64,000 nt of DNA. Origin: Candidatus Cloacimonadales bacterium (GTDB lineage: Bacteria; Cloacimonadota; Cloacimonadia; Cloacimonadales; JAFGVF01). Below the pieces are notes generated by a model. That model did not search any database and was not told the DNA's origin. It saw only the letters and a program-made list of their open reading frames with translations. Shown here in pieces: positions 51,353-60,411 of this stretch. The stretch covers positions 2,048,001-2,112,000 of the forward strand of contig CAXXJV010000001.1 in NCBI GenBank assembly GCA_963663475.2, written 5' to 3'. Position 1 is the stretch's first letter. Each line of letters opens with the position of its first letter. Made by a program: the position numbers and the translations under genes.

Positions 51353-52588
51353 ATGATTTATGATATAATCGTAATTGGGGCTGGTCCAGCTGGTATGTTA
51401 TGCTCTGGTTATCTTGGTCAGGCTGGTAAAGAAGTTTTACTTATTGAAAAAAAAGATAATCCAGGAAGGAAATTAAGAATTACAGGCAAAGGTCGCTGTA
51501 ATATTACTAATAAAAGCCCTTTAAAAGAACATTTAGCTAATATTCAACCAAAAGCAAAGTTCTTAAGACCTGCCTATAATAACTTTTTTGTGGAAGAAAC
51601 TGTTAAATTCTTTGAAAGTAATGGCTTAGCTGTCAAAGAAGAAAGAGGTTCCCGTATCTTTCCTTGCTCAGATAATGCCCAAGATGTGGTAGATGTATTG
51701 CATAAATTTTGCTTAACAAACAATGTCAGCCTTAAATTAAATACTAGTATAATTTCTCTTGAAAAATCAGCTGAATATTTTATTTTACATGACTCGCAAG
51801 CTAATATGTATAAGTGTCATAAACTTGTAATTGCAACAGGTGGTTGCTCATACCCTGTTACAGGCTCAAGTGGTGATGGTCAGAAATATGCTAAGTCTCT
51901 TGGTCATACAATTAATGACCTTAAACCTGGATTAGTTCCCTTTAATACCAAAGGAGATTTAGCTCAAAGAATGCAAGGGGTTTCTCTAAAAAACATTAAT
52001 GCTTCTATTTGGTCTAATAATAAAAAACTCTTTGAGGAGTTTGGAGAGATGATGTTTACCCATTTTGGAGTTACTGGACCTGTGATTCTAACTTTGAGTA
52101 ATAAGGTTTCTGATTTATCAATCAAAGATCTTGAGTTGAAAATCGATTTAAAGCCTGCTCTTGATCATAATAAGTTAGATGAACGACTTCTCAGAGATTT
52201 TAATGAACATGGGAAAAAGAAATTCGAGTCTGTTCTTAAACTCTTACTTCCTAAAAAAATGATTGAAGTCTGCTCTCATGAACTACAAATCCCTCTCGAT
52301 ACAATAGTCAATCAAATTACTTCTAACCAGCGAAAAGCCCTTAGATTATGGCTCAAAGAGCTTAGTCTGCCCTTGCACTCAACCAGGTCATTCAAAGAAG
52401 CTATTATTACTATTGGAGGAGTCTCTACTCAAGAAATAAATAAGAATACCTTTGAATCTAAAATTGTTCCAAACCTATATTTCTGTGGGGAAGTGATAGA
52501 TTTACATGCAAATACAGGAGGCTTTAACCTTCAGATAGCATTCTCATCTGCTTTTAGTGTCGCCCAAGCTATTCTAAAGACTAATTAG
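51353..52588 (+). CDS. HI0933/YhiN-family flavoprotein
   Basis: GAGPAG, TGKGRCNITN, ATGG.SYP.TGS.GDG, FTHFG, GGFNLQ. Confidence 0.92.
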   Translation: MIYDIIVIGAGPAGMLCSGYLGQAGKEVLLIEKKDNPGRKLRITGKGRCNITNKSPLKEHLANIQPKAKFLRPAYNNFFVEETVKFFESNGLAVKEERGSRIFPCSDNAQDVVDVLHKFCLTNNVSLKLNTSIISLEKSAEYFILHDSQANMYKCHKLVIATGGCSYPVTGSSGDGQKYAKSLGHTINDLKPGLVPFNTKGDLAQRMQGVSLKNINASIWSNNKKLFEEFGEMMFTHFGVTGPVILTLSNKVSDLSIKDLELKIDLKPALDHNKLDERLLRDFNEHGKKKFESVLKLLLPKKMIEVCSHELQIPLDTIVNQITSNQRKALRLWLKELSLPLHSTRSFKEAIITIGGVSTQEINKNTFESKIVPNLYFCGEVIDLHANTGGFNLQIAFSSAFSVAQAILKTN

Positions 52589-52686
52589 TAAATCTGTAGA
52601 TTAAAGCTAATTAATTTTCTTACTCAATAATTTCTTGACATGATATATTAGTTAAAAAAGCTTATCTTGAAATAATAGGAGAAAAA

Positions 52687-53235
52687 ATGTCAATATTAGA
52701 AGAAAGATATAAAGACGTTAATTATTGTCTTAGATGTGGACATAAATTAGAGATTGTAAGTGATAGAGAAAACAAGATAAGGCCTACTTGTTCTAAGTGT
52801 GGTTGGGTCTTTTACAAAAACCCTATCCCAGTTGTCTGTTGCTTAATAATAAACGAGAAAGATGAAGTAGTACTGATTAAACGTAAATTTGATCCAGCAG
52901 CTGGAAAATGGGCTTTCCCTAGTGGCTATATGGAGATAGATCAAAGTCCTGAATCAGCTGCCATTGCAGAAATGAAAGAAGAAACAGGATTAGATGGTCA
53001 AGTTATTCGTTTAATAGGTTACAAGATGAGTCCAAACCCATTTTATGAGAAAGTTGTAGCTTTTGGTTTTCTTATGAAAGTGGTAGGAGGTGAGCTGAAG
53101 GCAGGTGACGATGCTATTGAAGCTCGCTTGGTCCCTCTTAACCAGATAAAAGAACTACCTTTCATATCCCAAAACTATTTTCTAAATTTAGAACTTGAAA
53201 AAAGAAAAGAAAAAAGACTAAAAGTTATTAAATAA
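52687..53235 (+). CDS. NUDIX hydrolase with N-terminal zinc ribbon
   Basis: CxxC...CxxC, YKNP, Nudix box GYMEIDQSPESAAIAEMKEETG. Confidence 0.88.
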   Translation: MSILEERYKDVNYCLRCGHKLEIVSDRENKIRPTCSKCGWVFYKNPIPVVCCLIINEKDEVVLIKRKFDPAAGKWAFPSGYMEIDQSPESAAIAEMKEETGLDGQVIRLIGYKMSPNPFYEKVVAFGFLMKVVGGELKAGDDAIEARLVPLNQIKELPFISQNYFLNLELEKRKEKRLKVIK

Positions 53236-53256
53236 AATATATAAAATGAGGAATTA

Positions 53257-55908
53257 ATGGAAATAAATAAAATATACGAACCAAATAAAATAGAAAAAAA
53301 ATGGTACCAGGAATGGACTGATAAGGGGTATTTTACTCCCGAAATTGATGAAAGTAAGAAGCCTTTCACTGTGCTGATTCCACCTCCAAATGTTACTGGT
53401 ATCTTACATATGGGACACGTTCTTAACAATACTATACAAGATGTTCTTATCAGATATAAAAGAATGACAGGTATCCCGACTCTTTGGCTCCCAGGAACTG
53501 ACCATGCTGGTATAGCTACTCAAAATGTTGTAGAAAAAAATCTCCACAAAGAGGGAACTAATCGTCATGAAATTGGTCGCCAAGCCCTAGTTGAAAGAAT
53601 TTGGGAATTTAAACATGAAAAAGGTGGAAGGATTATTGAACAACTTAAAAAATTAGGTTGCTCTTGTGATTGGTCTAAAGAAAGATTCACTATGGATGAA
53701 GGTCTTTCTGATGCGGTTAAAGAAGTTTTTATCCACCTTTATAATAAGGGTTTAATTTATCGTGGAAAAAGAATCATCAATTGGTGCCCTCGCTGTGTAA
53801 CTGCTTTAGCAAATGATGAAGTTGAACATAATGATGAAGCAGGTAAATTATGGCATATTAAATATCCTTACGCTGATGCTTCTGGTTATATTGAAATTGC
53901 AACTACCCGCCCTGAAACTATGCTAGGTGATGTTGCGGTTGCAGTAAACCCTAAGGATGAAAGATATAAGGATTTAATAGGCAAAGAACTTAGCCTTCCA
54001 TATACCGGTAGAACAATTCCTCTAATTGCAGATGATTATGTAGATAAAGACTTTGGTTCTGGTTGTGTTAAGATTACTCCTGCTCATGATCCAAATGATT
54101 TTGAAGTAGGACAAAGACATAATTTAGCTCAGATATTAGTAATTGATGAACATGGCATAATGAATGAAAATGCAGGTACAGAATTTGCTGGCTTAGATCG
54201 CTATGAATGTAGAAATAAGCTAATTAAAATGCTGGAAAATGATGGATTATTAATTAAAACTCAAGACCATAATCATGCAGTTGGTCATTGCTATAGATGT
54301 GATACAGTAATTGAACCTTATCTTTCAGATCAATGGTTTGTTTCTATGGAAAAACTTGCTCAACCAGCAATTGAAGTTGTGCGTAATGGACAAGTTAAGT
54401 TCCAACCTGAACGCTGGACTAAAGTGTATATGCACTGGATGGAAAATGTAAGAGACTGGTGTATCTCCCGTCAGATTTGGTGGGGTCATCGTATCCCTGC
54501 TTTCTATTGTGATGATTGTGGAGAGATTATGGTTACCAAAGAAGCTGTAAGTGAATGTAGCAAATGTCATAGTAAAAATATCAGACAAGAAGAAGATGTT
54601 TTAGATACTTGGTTCTCTTCTTGGTTATGGCCTTTCTCTACTCTTGGTTGGCCTGAAAAAACTAAGGAATTAGATTATTTCTTACCTACAGATGTTTTAG
54701 TAACAGGTCATGAAATTATCTATCTCTGGGTAGCTAGAATGATAATGGCTACTCTGGAATTTGAACAAAAGATACCTTTCCATACTGTCTTCTTACACGG
54801 CATTGTACGTGATGAAATTGGTAGAAAGATGTCCAAATCATTAGGTAACTCACCAGACCCAATTAATATAATTGATGAAGTTGGGGCTGATGCACTAAGA
54901 TTTTCTATGATCTTTAATACTCCTAAAGGACAAGATTCTTATTATTCTGATTCACTTTTAGAAACAGGTAGAAATTTTGCTAATAAAATCTGGAATGCAT
55001 TTAGATACATTATGATGAATGTTGAGAAGATTGAAGGTCTTCCCAAAGCTCAAGACCTAAAACTGGAGTTAGCTGATAAATGGATTTATTCAAGACTTAA
55101 TCAAGTAATCAAAGAAGTTACAGAGAATTATGAGAATCTTAGACAGAATGATTCTGCTCAAACCCTCATGCAATTTATCTGGAATGACTTCTGTTCTTGG
55201 TATATCGAGTTATCAAAAGATAGAATCTATGATGAAAATGACAAAGATGGCCAGTTAACTGCAAAATATGTTCTTCTTGATGTACTTCAGCAATCTATGC
55301 GACTTCTTCACCCATTAATGCCCTTTATTACTGAAGAAGTGTGGAACACTGTTAAAGTATATTTCCCTATGGACGAATCAGCTCTTATTGTTGCTAAATT
55401 CCCTCAAACAAATGAAAGCCTAGTGGACTTCTCAATAAATGATAACATGAGCTTTGTTCAAGAGACTATTACTGCCATAAGAAACCTAAGAAAGCAAGTA
55501 AATCTTTCACCGGCATTAGAGATTGAAATAACTATTAATGTTGCTGAAAAACAACAAGAAGATCTCTTTAATGAATATCAGAACTATTTTGCTAAACTTG
55601 CTAAAGTTAATAAGATGAATATTAATATAAATGGCGAAAAAGTAAAAGGTGCAATTGCTGGAGTTGTTAGAAATATAGAAATATATCTACCTTTATCTGG
55701 TCTTGTGGATCTAGAAAAAGAACAGGCTAAACTTGAAAAACAAATCACTAAATTAGAAAAAGAACTTTCAGGTATTGAAAGAAAACTTGCTAATGAAAAA
55801 TTTATTCAGAACGCTAAGCCTGAAGTTGTAGAAAAAGAAAAAGAAAAATATAATGAAGTTAAAAGTAAATTAGATACAGTTAAAGAACTCTATGAATCTT
55901 TAAAATAA
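53257..55908 (+). CDS. valS: Valine-tRNA ligase
   Basis: PPPNVTG.LHMGH, DWCISRQIWWGH, KMSKS, C-terminal coiled coil. Confidence 0.98.
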   Translation: MEINKIYEPNKIEKKWYQEWTDKGYFTPEIDESKKPFTVLIPPPNVTGILHMGHVLNNTIQDVLIRYKRMTGIPTLWLPGTDHAGIATQNVVEKNLHKEGTNRHEIGRQALVERIWEFKHEKGGRIIEQLKKLGCSCDWSKERFTMDEGLSDAVKEVFIHLYNKGLIYRGKRIINWCPRCVTALANDEVEHNDEAGKLWHIKYPYADASGYIEIATTRPETMLGDVAVAVNPKDERYKDLIGKELSLPYTGRTIPLIADDYVDKDFGSGCVKITPAHDPNDFEVGQRHNLAQILVIDEHGIMNENAGTEFAGLDRYECRNKLIKMLENDGLLIKTQDHNHAVGHCYRCDTVIEPYLSDQWFVSMEKLAQPAIEVVRNGQVKFQPERWTKVYMHWMENVRDWCISRQIWWGHRIPAFYCDDCGEIMVTKEAVSECSKCHSKNIRQEEDVLDTWFSSWLWPFSTLGWPEKTKELDYFLPTDVLVTGHEIIYLWVARMIMATLEFEQKIPFHTVFLHGIVRDEIGRKMSKSLGNSPDPINIIDEVGADALRFSMIFNTPKGQDSYYSDSLLETGRNFANKIWNAFRYIMMNVEKIEGLPKAQDLKLELADKWIYSRLNQVIKEVTENYENLRQNDSAQTLMQFIWNDFCSWYIELSKDRIYDENDKDGQLTAKYVLLDVLQQSMRLLHPLMPFITEEVWNTVKVYFPMDESALIVAKFPQTNESLVDFSINDNMSFVQETITAIRNLRKQVNLSPALEIEITINVAEKQQEDLFNEYQNYFAKLAKVNKMNININGEKVKGAIAGVVRNIEIYLPLSGLVDLEKEQAKLEKQITKLEKELSGIERKLANEKFIQNAKPEVVEKEKEKYNEVKSKLDTVKELYESLK

Positions 55909-55930
55909 TAATTTAATTGATAATAAAAAT

Positions 55931-55952
55931 AGGGCAGAGGAGACTCTGCCCT
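55931..55952. terminator. Hairpin between convergent valS and dehydrogenase genes
   Basis: AGGGCAGAG/CTCTGCCCT with an A-tract on the left. Confidence 0.7.
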
Positions 55953-55985
55953 TAAAACAATGCAGTAGAAGTTGTTACATATTAT

Positions 55986-57047
55986 TTATGGTTCTACAAT
56001 TATTTTTATGTGTTTATCTTTATTTTTGATAAGCTCTTCAAATCCTTCTTCTACAGCATCTTCAAGCTTAATTCTTTTAGTTATATATTGCTTAGCATTA
56101 ATCTTACCCGAATTGATAAGGTTGATGGATGTAGCGAAGTCACGATTATAACCAATTGTTCCAATTAACTCTTTTTCTCCAATTACCAAGTCATTCCAAT
56201 CTATAATCCCTTTTCCAGAAGCGGAGAATATACCAGCGATTACAGCTCTTCCTCCTTTTCTAATTGAATCTAAAGATGATTTAAGAGTAGCTTCCAAGCC
56301 AACACATTCAATAGCAACATCAGCTAATCTCCCATTATTGACTTCTTTAATCCTGCTTACTAAGTCTGTTGTAGAAGGATCTATTACATAATCAGCTCCC
56401 ATCTTTTTAGCAAAATCTTTACGTGCTGCTGCAAGTTCAACTACCATTACATTAGCTGCACCAGCAGCCTTAGCTGCTTGAAGAGTTGCTAAACCTATCG
56501 TTCCAGCACCAATAATTACAACAGATTCTCCCATCATTAATCTTGCTTTTTTTAGAGCATGTACACCTACTGAAATAGGCTCTACTAAAGCTCCTTCTTC
56601 AAAATCAACATTCTCGGCTAATTTATATAATTGATATGCAGGAACAACTGAATATTCAGCAAATCCTCCATTGTCAGCTGCTAGTCCATTAAAACCTAAG
56701 CTTTCGCAGAGATGATAATCACCTCTTCTACATGAATCACATGTTCCACAGGAAAAGCAAGCATCTGGGGAAACTCTGTCGCCAACTTTCCAGTCTTTTA
56801 CATTTTCTCCAACTTCAACTATAGTGCCTGCAAACTCATGTCCCATAGTGATTGGAGCTTGATCTCCAGTAATAGGATGAGGACTGGTGGTAGGTATAAA
56901 GATAGGACCAGCTTCATATTCATGCAAATCACTTCCACAAATTCCACACCATTCTACTTTAATTTTAACTTCATCTTTTCCAGGTTTAGGTTCAGGTATA
57001 TTTTCAATTCTAAGATCTTTCTTTCCATACCATCTTAAAGCTTTCAT
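55986..57047 (-). CDS. Zn-dependent 2,3-butanediol dehydrogenase-like (MDR family)
   Basis: CGICGSDLHEY, GHEF, structural Zn Cys cluster, GAGTIG. The start at 57047 has an AAGGAG RBS. Confidence 0.82.
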   Translation of the reverse strand: MKALRWYGKKDLRIENIPEPKPGKDEVKIKVEWCGICGSDLHEYEAGPIFIPTTSPHPITGDQAPITMGHEFAGTIVEVGENVKDWKVGDRVSPDACFSCGTCDSCRRGDYHLCESLGFNGLAADNGGFAEYSVVPAYQLYKLAENVDFEEGALVEPISVGVHALKKARLMMGESVVIIGAGTIGLATLQAAKAAGAANVMVVELAAARKDFAKKMGADYVIDPSTTDLVSRIKEVNNGRLADVAIECVGLEATLKSSLDSIRKGGRAVIAGIFSASGKGIIDWNDLVIGEKELIGTIGYNRDFATSINLINSGKINAKQYITKRIKLEDAVEEGFEELIKNKDKHIKIIVEP

Positions 57048-57780
57048 CAATTTTCTCCTTTTTGTTTTAATATTTATATCAATATTTTTATCATATAATA
57101 ATTCATTTGACTTATTTGCCAAATATTAATTCAAATTATTCATATGGGAATATGCAAAAGAGGTAACATTCTAAAAAATAAGTAATAATGTTAATATAAT
57201 GCTTAAGACATAAATGTGTTTTGGAGGTAAAATGCATTAAATAGGATAAAATTACGGTAAAAAAAATAATTTTAAAAGATAAAAAAATATCTAAAAAACA
57301 CTAGATTTGAAAATAATCTAGAAAAGATTCCTTAGTTATGCTAGCTAATTTCAGAAACAATTAAATTTGACATAGATGATGCAGTAGAGCTTTAGCCAAG
57401 ACTCAAAGTATCGCAACCCTGGGGTAATGATTGCTAACACAAAATAATACCCTGTAAAGGTTTAATAAAAATTAGGGAATTATGGCATCCTTGCCATAAG
57501 AAAAATGTGAAAACCAGGATGCTTCCACTCTATATAAAATCAGCAAGATACTTATGATAATAACGTGTTAGAATTATAATGAACCTTTACAGGGTTAGGT
57601 CGTAATTTTGAATATTGTACTTGGGATGACGATCCTTATAGCATCTTACCCCAGGCTAAATTATTAATCCCTTTCAGGCATACTTTGGATAATCAAACTA
57701 ATGATAAAATTTTATATTTAACTAATTTTCTTCCACCAGACTTGAACTTGAGCCTAACTTACTCGCAAGCAAATGATTTT

Positions 57781-58284
57781 TCAGATTATATATTTAACTA
57801 TTTCTGGATTATACCTATCTATAAATTTATTTTCTTGGTCTTCAGCAGGATAACCTACTGGTATGACTGAAAAGGCTTTTAGCTTATCAGGAAGTTGAAG
57901 AAGATTGCTTAAGTAAGTCATTCTTTCTTCTAAGGGTGCTACACCTAGCCATACCCCTCCTAATCCTTGATTAACTATCTCTAACAATATAGTTTGACTA
58001 CATGAAGCAAGATCTTGCTGCCAAAAATCAGGGAAAATACATTTTTCAACATTTGCAAGCAGGACAAGAGCAAAAGCTGAATTTGCTACCATGCTAGAAT
58101 AGGGACTCATTTGAGAGATCTTGGATAAGGTCTCTCTATTAGTAACTATGATAAATTCCCAAACTTGTTGATTACCAGCAGAGGGAGCTTGCATTCCTGC
58201 TCTGATAATTTTCTCAATTTTACTCATTTCTACAGCTTTATCTAGGTACTTTCTGATAGATCTTCTATTGTTGATTACATCCAT
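57781..58284 (-). CDS. Nitroreductase family protein
   Basis: RRSIRKY, APSAGNQQ, GLGGVWLG, VGYP. Confidence 0.92.
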   Translation of the reverse strand: MDVINNRRSIRKYLDKAVEMSKIEKIIRAGMQAPSAGNQQVWEFIIVTNRETLSKISQMSPYSSMVANSAFALVLLANVEKCIFPDFWQQDLASCSQTILLEIVNQGLGGVWLGVAPLEERMTYLSNLLQLPDKLKAFSVIPVGYPAEDQENKFIDRYNPEIVKYII

Positions 58285-58319
58285 TGTATTCTCCTTACTT
58301 TTTATAGTTCATAATATTA

Positions 58320-58512
58320 AGCCAGATAGTGTAGTAGAACTTTGATAATACTTGGCTAAAGCTACGTATCACAGGTGAAGAGTGCTTGATTCTTTTTAGC
58401 AAAGTGAGTTACAGAATTTGAAGGCATATAATATATATTCCTGAAAAAATCTGTAGCTTACTTTTGCAAAAGAAGATTCTGCTATTCGCAAAGGCCTACT
58501 GCATTATTGGGA
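58320..58512 (-). mobile_element. MITE-like element, longest copy F
   Basis: Reverse complement reads TCCCAATAATGCAGTAGGCCTTTGCGAATAGCAGAATC...CAAAGTTCTACTACACTATCTGGCT and contains all internal modules seen in the other copies. Confidence 0.75.
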
Positions 58513-58583
58513 ATTAACTCGCTTTCTTAATTAATGAGTTCATTTCTAAGTGTTACCTGTTTTTGAAATTTATCAATTTTCTC

Positions 58584-58871
58584 TCATATAATTTTTTTAT
58601 ATATGTTAACTTCACCTTCTTTTTTTGATAAGTTGTTTAATAAAGGTACAAGCTTTTTGAAATGCTCTGATTCCATATGTTTTTCTAATGATTTACTAGT
58701 ATCCCAAATCTCAATGAATGTGAGTATTGAACTATCATCCTTATCCTGAAAAAGATCATACTGGATACATCCACTTTCTTCTCTTGTTGAGCTAACTAGT
58801 TGGGCACATATATCTAATGCTTCTGGAATTTTATCGCTTCTAAAATAGTTCTTTGCAATTACTGTAATCAT
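58584..58871 (-). CDS. ABM-domain protein (putative quinol monooxygenase)
   Basis: TREESGCIQYDL, FIEIW, HMESEHF. Confidence 0.88.
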   Translation of the reverse strand: MITVIAKNYFRSDKIPEALDICAQLVSSTREESGCIQYDLFQDKDDSSILTFIEIWDTSKSLEKHMESEHFKKLVPLLNNLSKKEGEVNIYKKII

Positions 58872-59289
58872 TACTTTTTCTCCACTTTATTTTATTTATA
58901 TTTTTTTTTCATAGTATGTTACTTAATTTCTTTCTTTTTTTTGTAAATATGTGTCAATAAAAAGATTTTCTTAAGATCAGTCTCGATATAGAAAACAGTT
59001 CAACTTCAAGCCCTTCTTCCCAATAGTTTATCCTTAAAGAAGTAAATAATATTGCCCTTCTTTAGGTTTTCTTAACATTTTATCAGGATTGTTTTTAGCT
59101 AAGATTGCCTCTTTTGTCGGACGGTGGAGATTCTGTTAACACTCTGACATCCCTCGGGATTGATCTTGATTGGCCAATAATAAAAAAACAGAAGTATTAA
59201 AATTATTTATCACATTTCACACTCTACTTTGGATAGAACCCTATTTTATTTCACAAAAATTACTGAGAAATAACTATATTCTCCTCTAT

Positions 59290-59370
59290 TCATCCTTAAT
59301 CCTTCCTTTACAGTCTTTCGATGAAACTGGGACTTTCATCGAAAGACTGTAAAGGAAGGATTAAGGATGA
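59290..59370. repeat. Long palindrome family, copy 3
   Basis: 37-bp perfect arms, loop CTGGGAC. Confidence 0.95.
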
Positions 59371-59521
59371 TAAGGGTATTGATAAGACCGAAGTCCCTTA
59401 CCTAGAGTTGAGGAATTCCAGTATACTTGAGAGAACCAAAAATTATTGTATGGTTTAAGAGAGTTGATGCTTCAGGACCTGAAGAGCCATTATAGGAGAG
59501 AAAAACGTAAAAAGTTTCATT

Positions 59522-59681
59522 ACTAAGGCACAAAGGCACTAAGAAGAAGAATACCTTCACACGAATGAACACGAATTAAAACGAATTACACGAATTAAGA
59601 AAAGAGACTTAACACAGGTGTCTTCGCTAAAGCTACGCCAACCCAGGGAGTTACACAGAGGTTAAGAGGAGTTTCACAGAG
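59522..59681 (+). repeat. Cluster of short direct repeats
   Basis: AC(T/A)AAG x3 (8-bp period), ACGAAT x4 (9-10-bp period), CACAG(A/G) x3. Confidence 0.75.
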
Positions 59682-59741
59682 TTTTTAAGAGAGGAAGATA
59701 GAAACAAAGATAAAGCTGATTGGTAGAGATAAGAAAATAGA

Positions 59742-59769
59742 TTGACTAAAAACTGAATTGCAATAAAAT
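59742..59769 (+). promoter_or_regulatory. Sigma70-like promoter
   Basis: TTGACT-16-TAAAAT upstream of 59802. Confidence 0.5.
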
Positions 59770-59801
59770 AAAAATAAGATCAAAACATAGAAGGAGAATG
59801 T

Positions 59802-60344
59802 ATGGAAGTTAATAAAGATACTATCTGGTTTTATATTATTGATAAGGTAATAATTGTTATTTTATTAGGGATTTTTGCTTATCGAAATAATAGAAAACTT
59901 GAGAAATTTAAGAATGACCTATTGAAAGAAAATAGAGTATTCTCTGATAAATACGATAAAATACATGAGTTAAAAAACATAATATATGATTGTAAAATAT
60001 CAATTGATAAAGCAATTATTCATTCCAAAAATAAAAAGAAGTATGGGTTTGATAAAGACATTGAATCAACTACAATTGTACAAGAATCTCATGAAAATCA
60101 GGGAAAGTTAGATAGATTTTTGCAGTATAATAATCTATGGTTAATGGAAGAATTACAAGATACTAGTAAGCAGGTATTGAATAAATTGGGCGAGATAATC
60201 AAACAAATACTTGCTTATGATCTAGACAATGTGATGGTCAAGAGAGAGGAAAGCAGATTAAAAGATATTGAAATTGAATTCCTGGATGCAATAAAAGTTT
60301 TTGATAAAGAATTTCTAAATTTCATCAATAATTTTCAAAAATAA
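59802..60344 (+). CDS. Hypothetical protein with N-terminal TM anchor
   Basis: AAGGAG RBS, one hydrophobic helix, charged helical body. Confidence 0.75.
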   Translation: MEVNKDTIWFYIIDKVIIVILLGIFAYRNNRKLEKFKNDLLKENRVFSDKYDKIHELKNIIYDCKISIDKAIIHSKNKKKYGFDKDIESTTIVQESHENQGKLDRFLQYNNLWLMEELQDTSKQVLNKLGEIIKQILAYDLDNVMVKREESRLKDIEIEFLDAIKVFDKEFLNFINNFQK

Positions 60345-60411
60345 TAATTAAATAAAGTTATTAATTGTATTTTACAGTTAGCATGTATTCTGAACAAGAA
60401 AAGGAGTTTGT

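Noticed and set aside
58980-59170. Possible riboswitch upstream of the ABM gene
   Set aside because: No recognisable aptamer consensus.
59170-59352. 60-aa ORF
   Set aside because: TTG start without an RBS, and it reads through the palindrome repeat.
59404-59526. Possible decayed gene fragment (RVEEFQYT*ENQKLLYGLRELMLQDLKSHYRREKRKKFHY*)
   Set aside because: Short, interrupted and not assignable without a search.
60345-60411. attC site between the two orphan genes
   Set aside because: No convincing RYYYAAC/GTTRRRY pair or hairpin.
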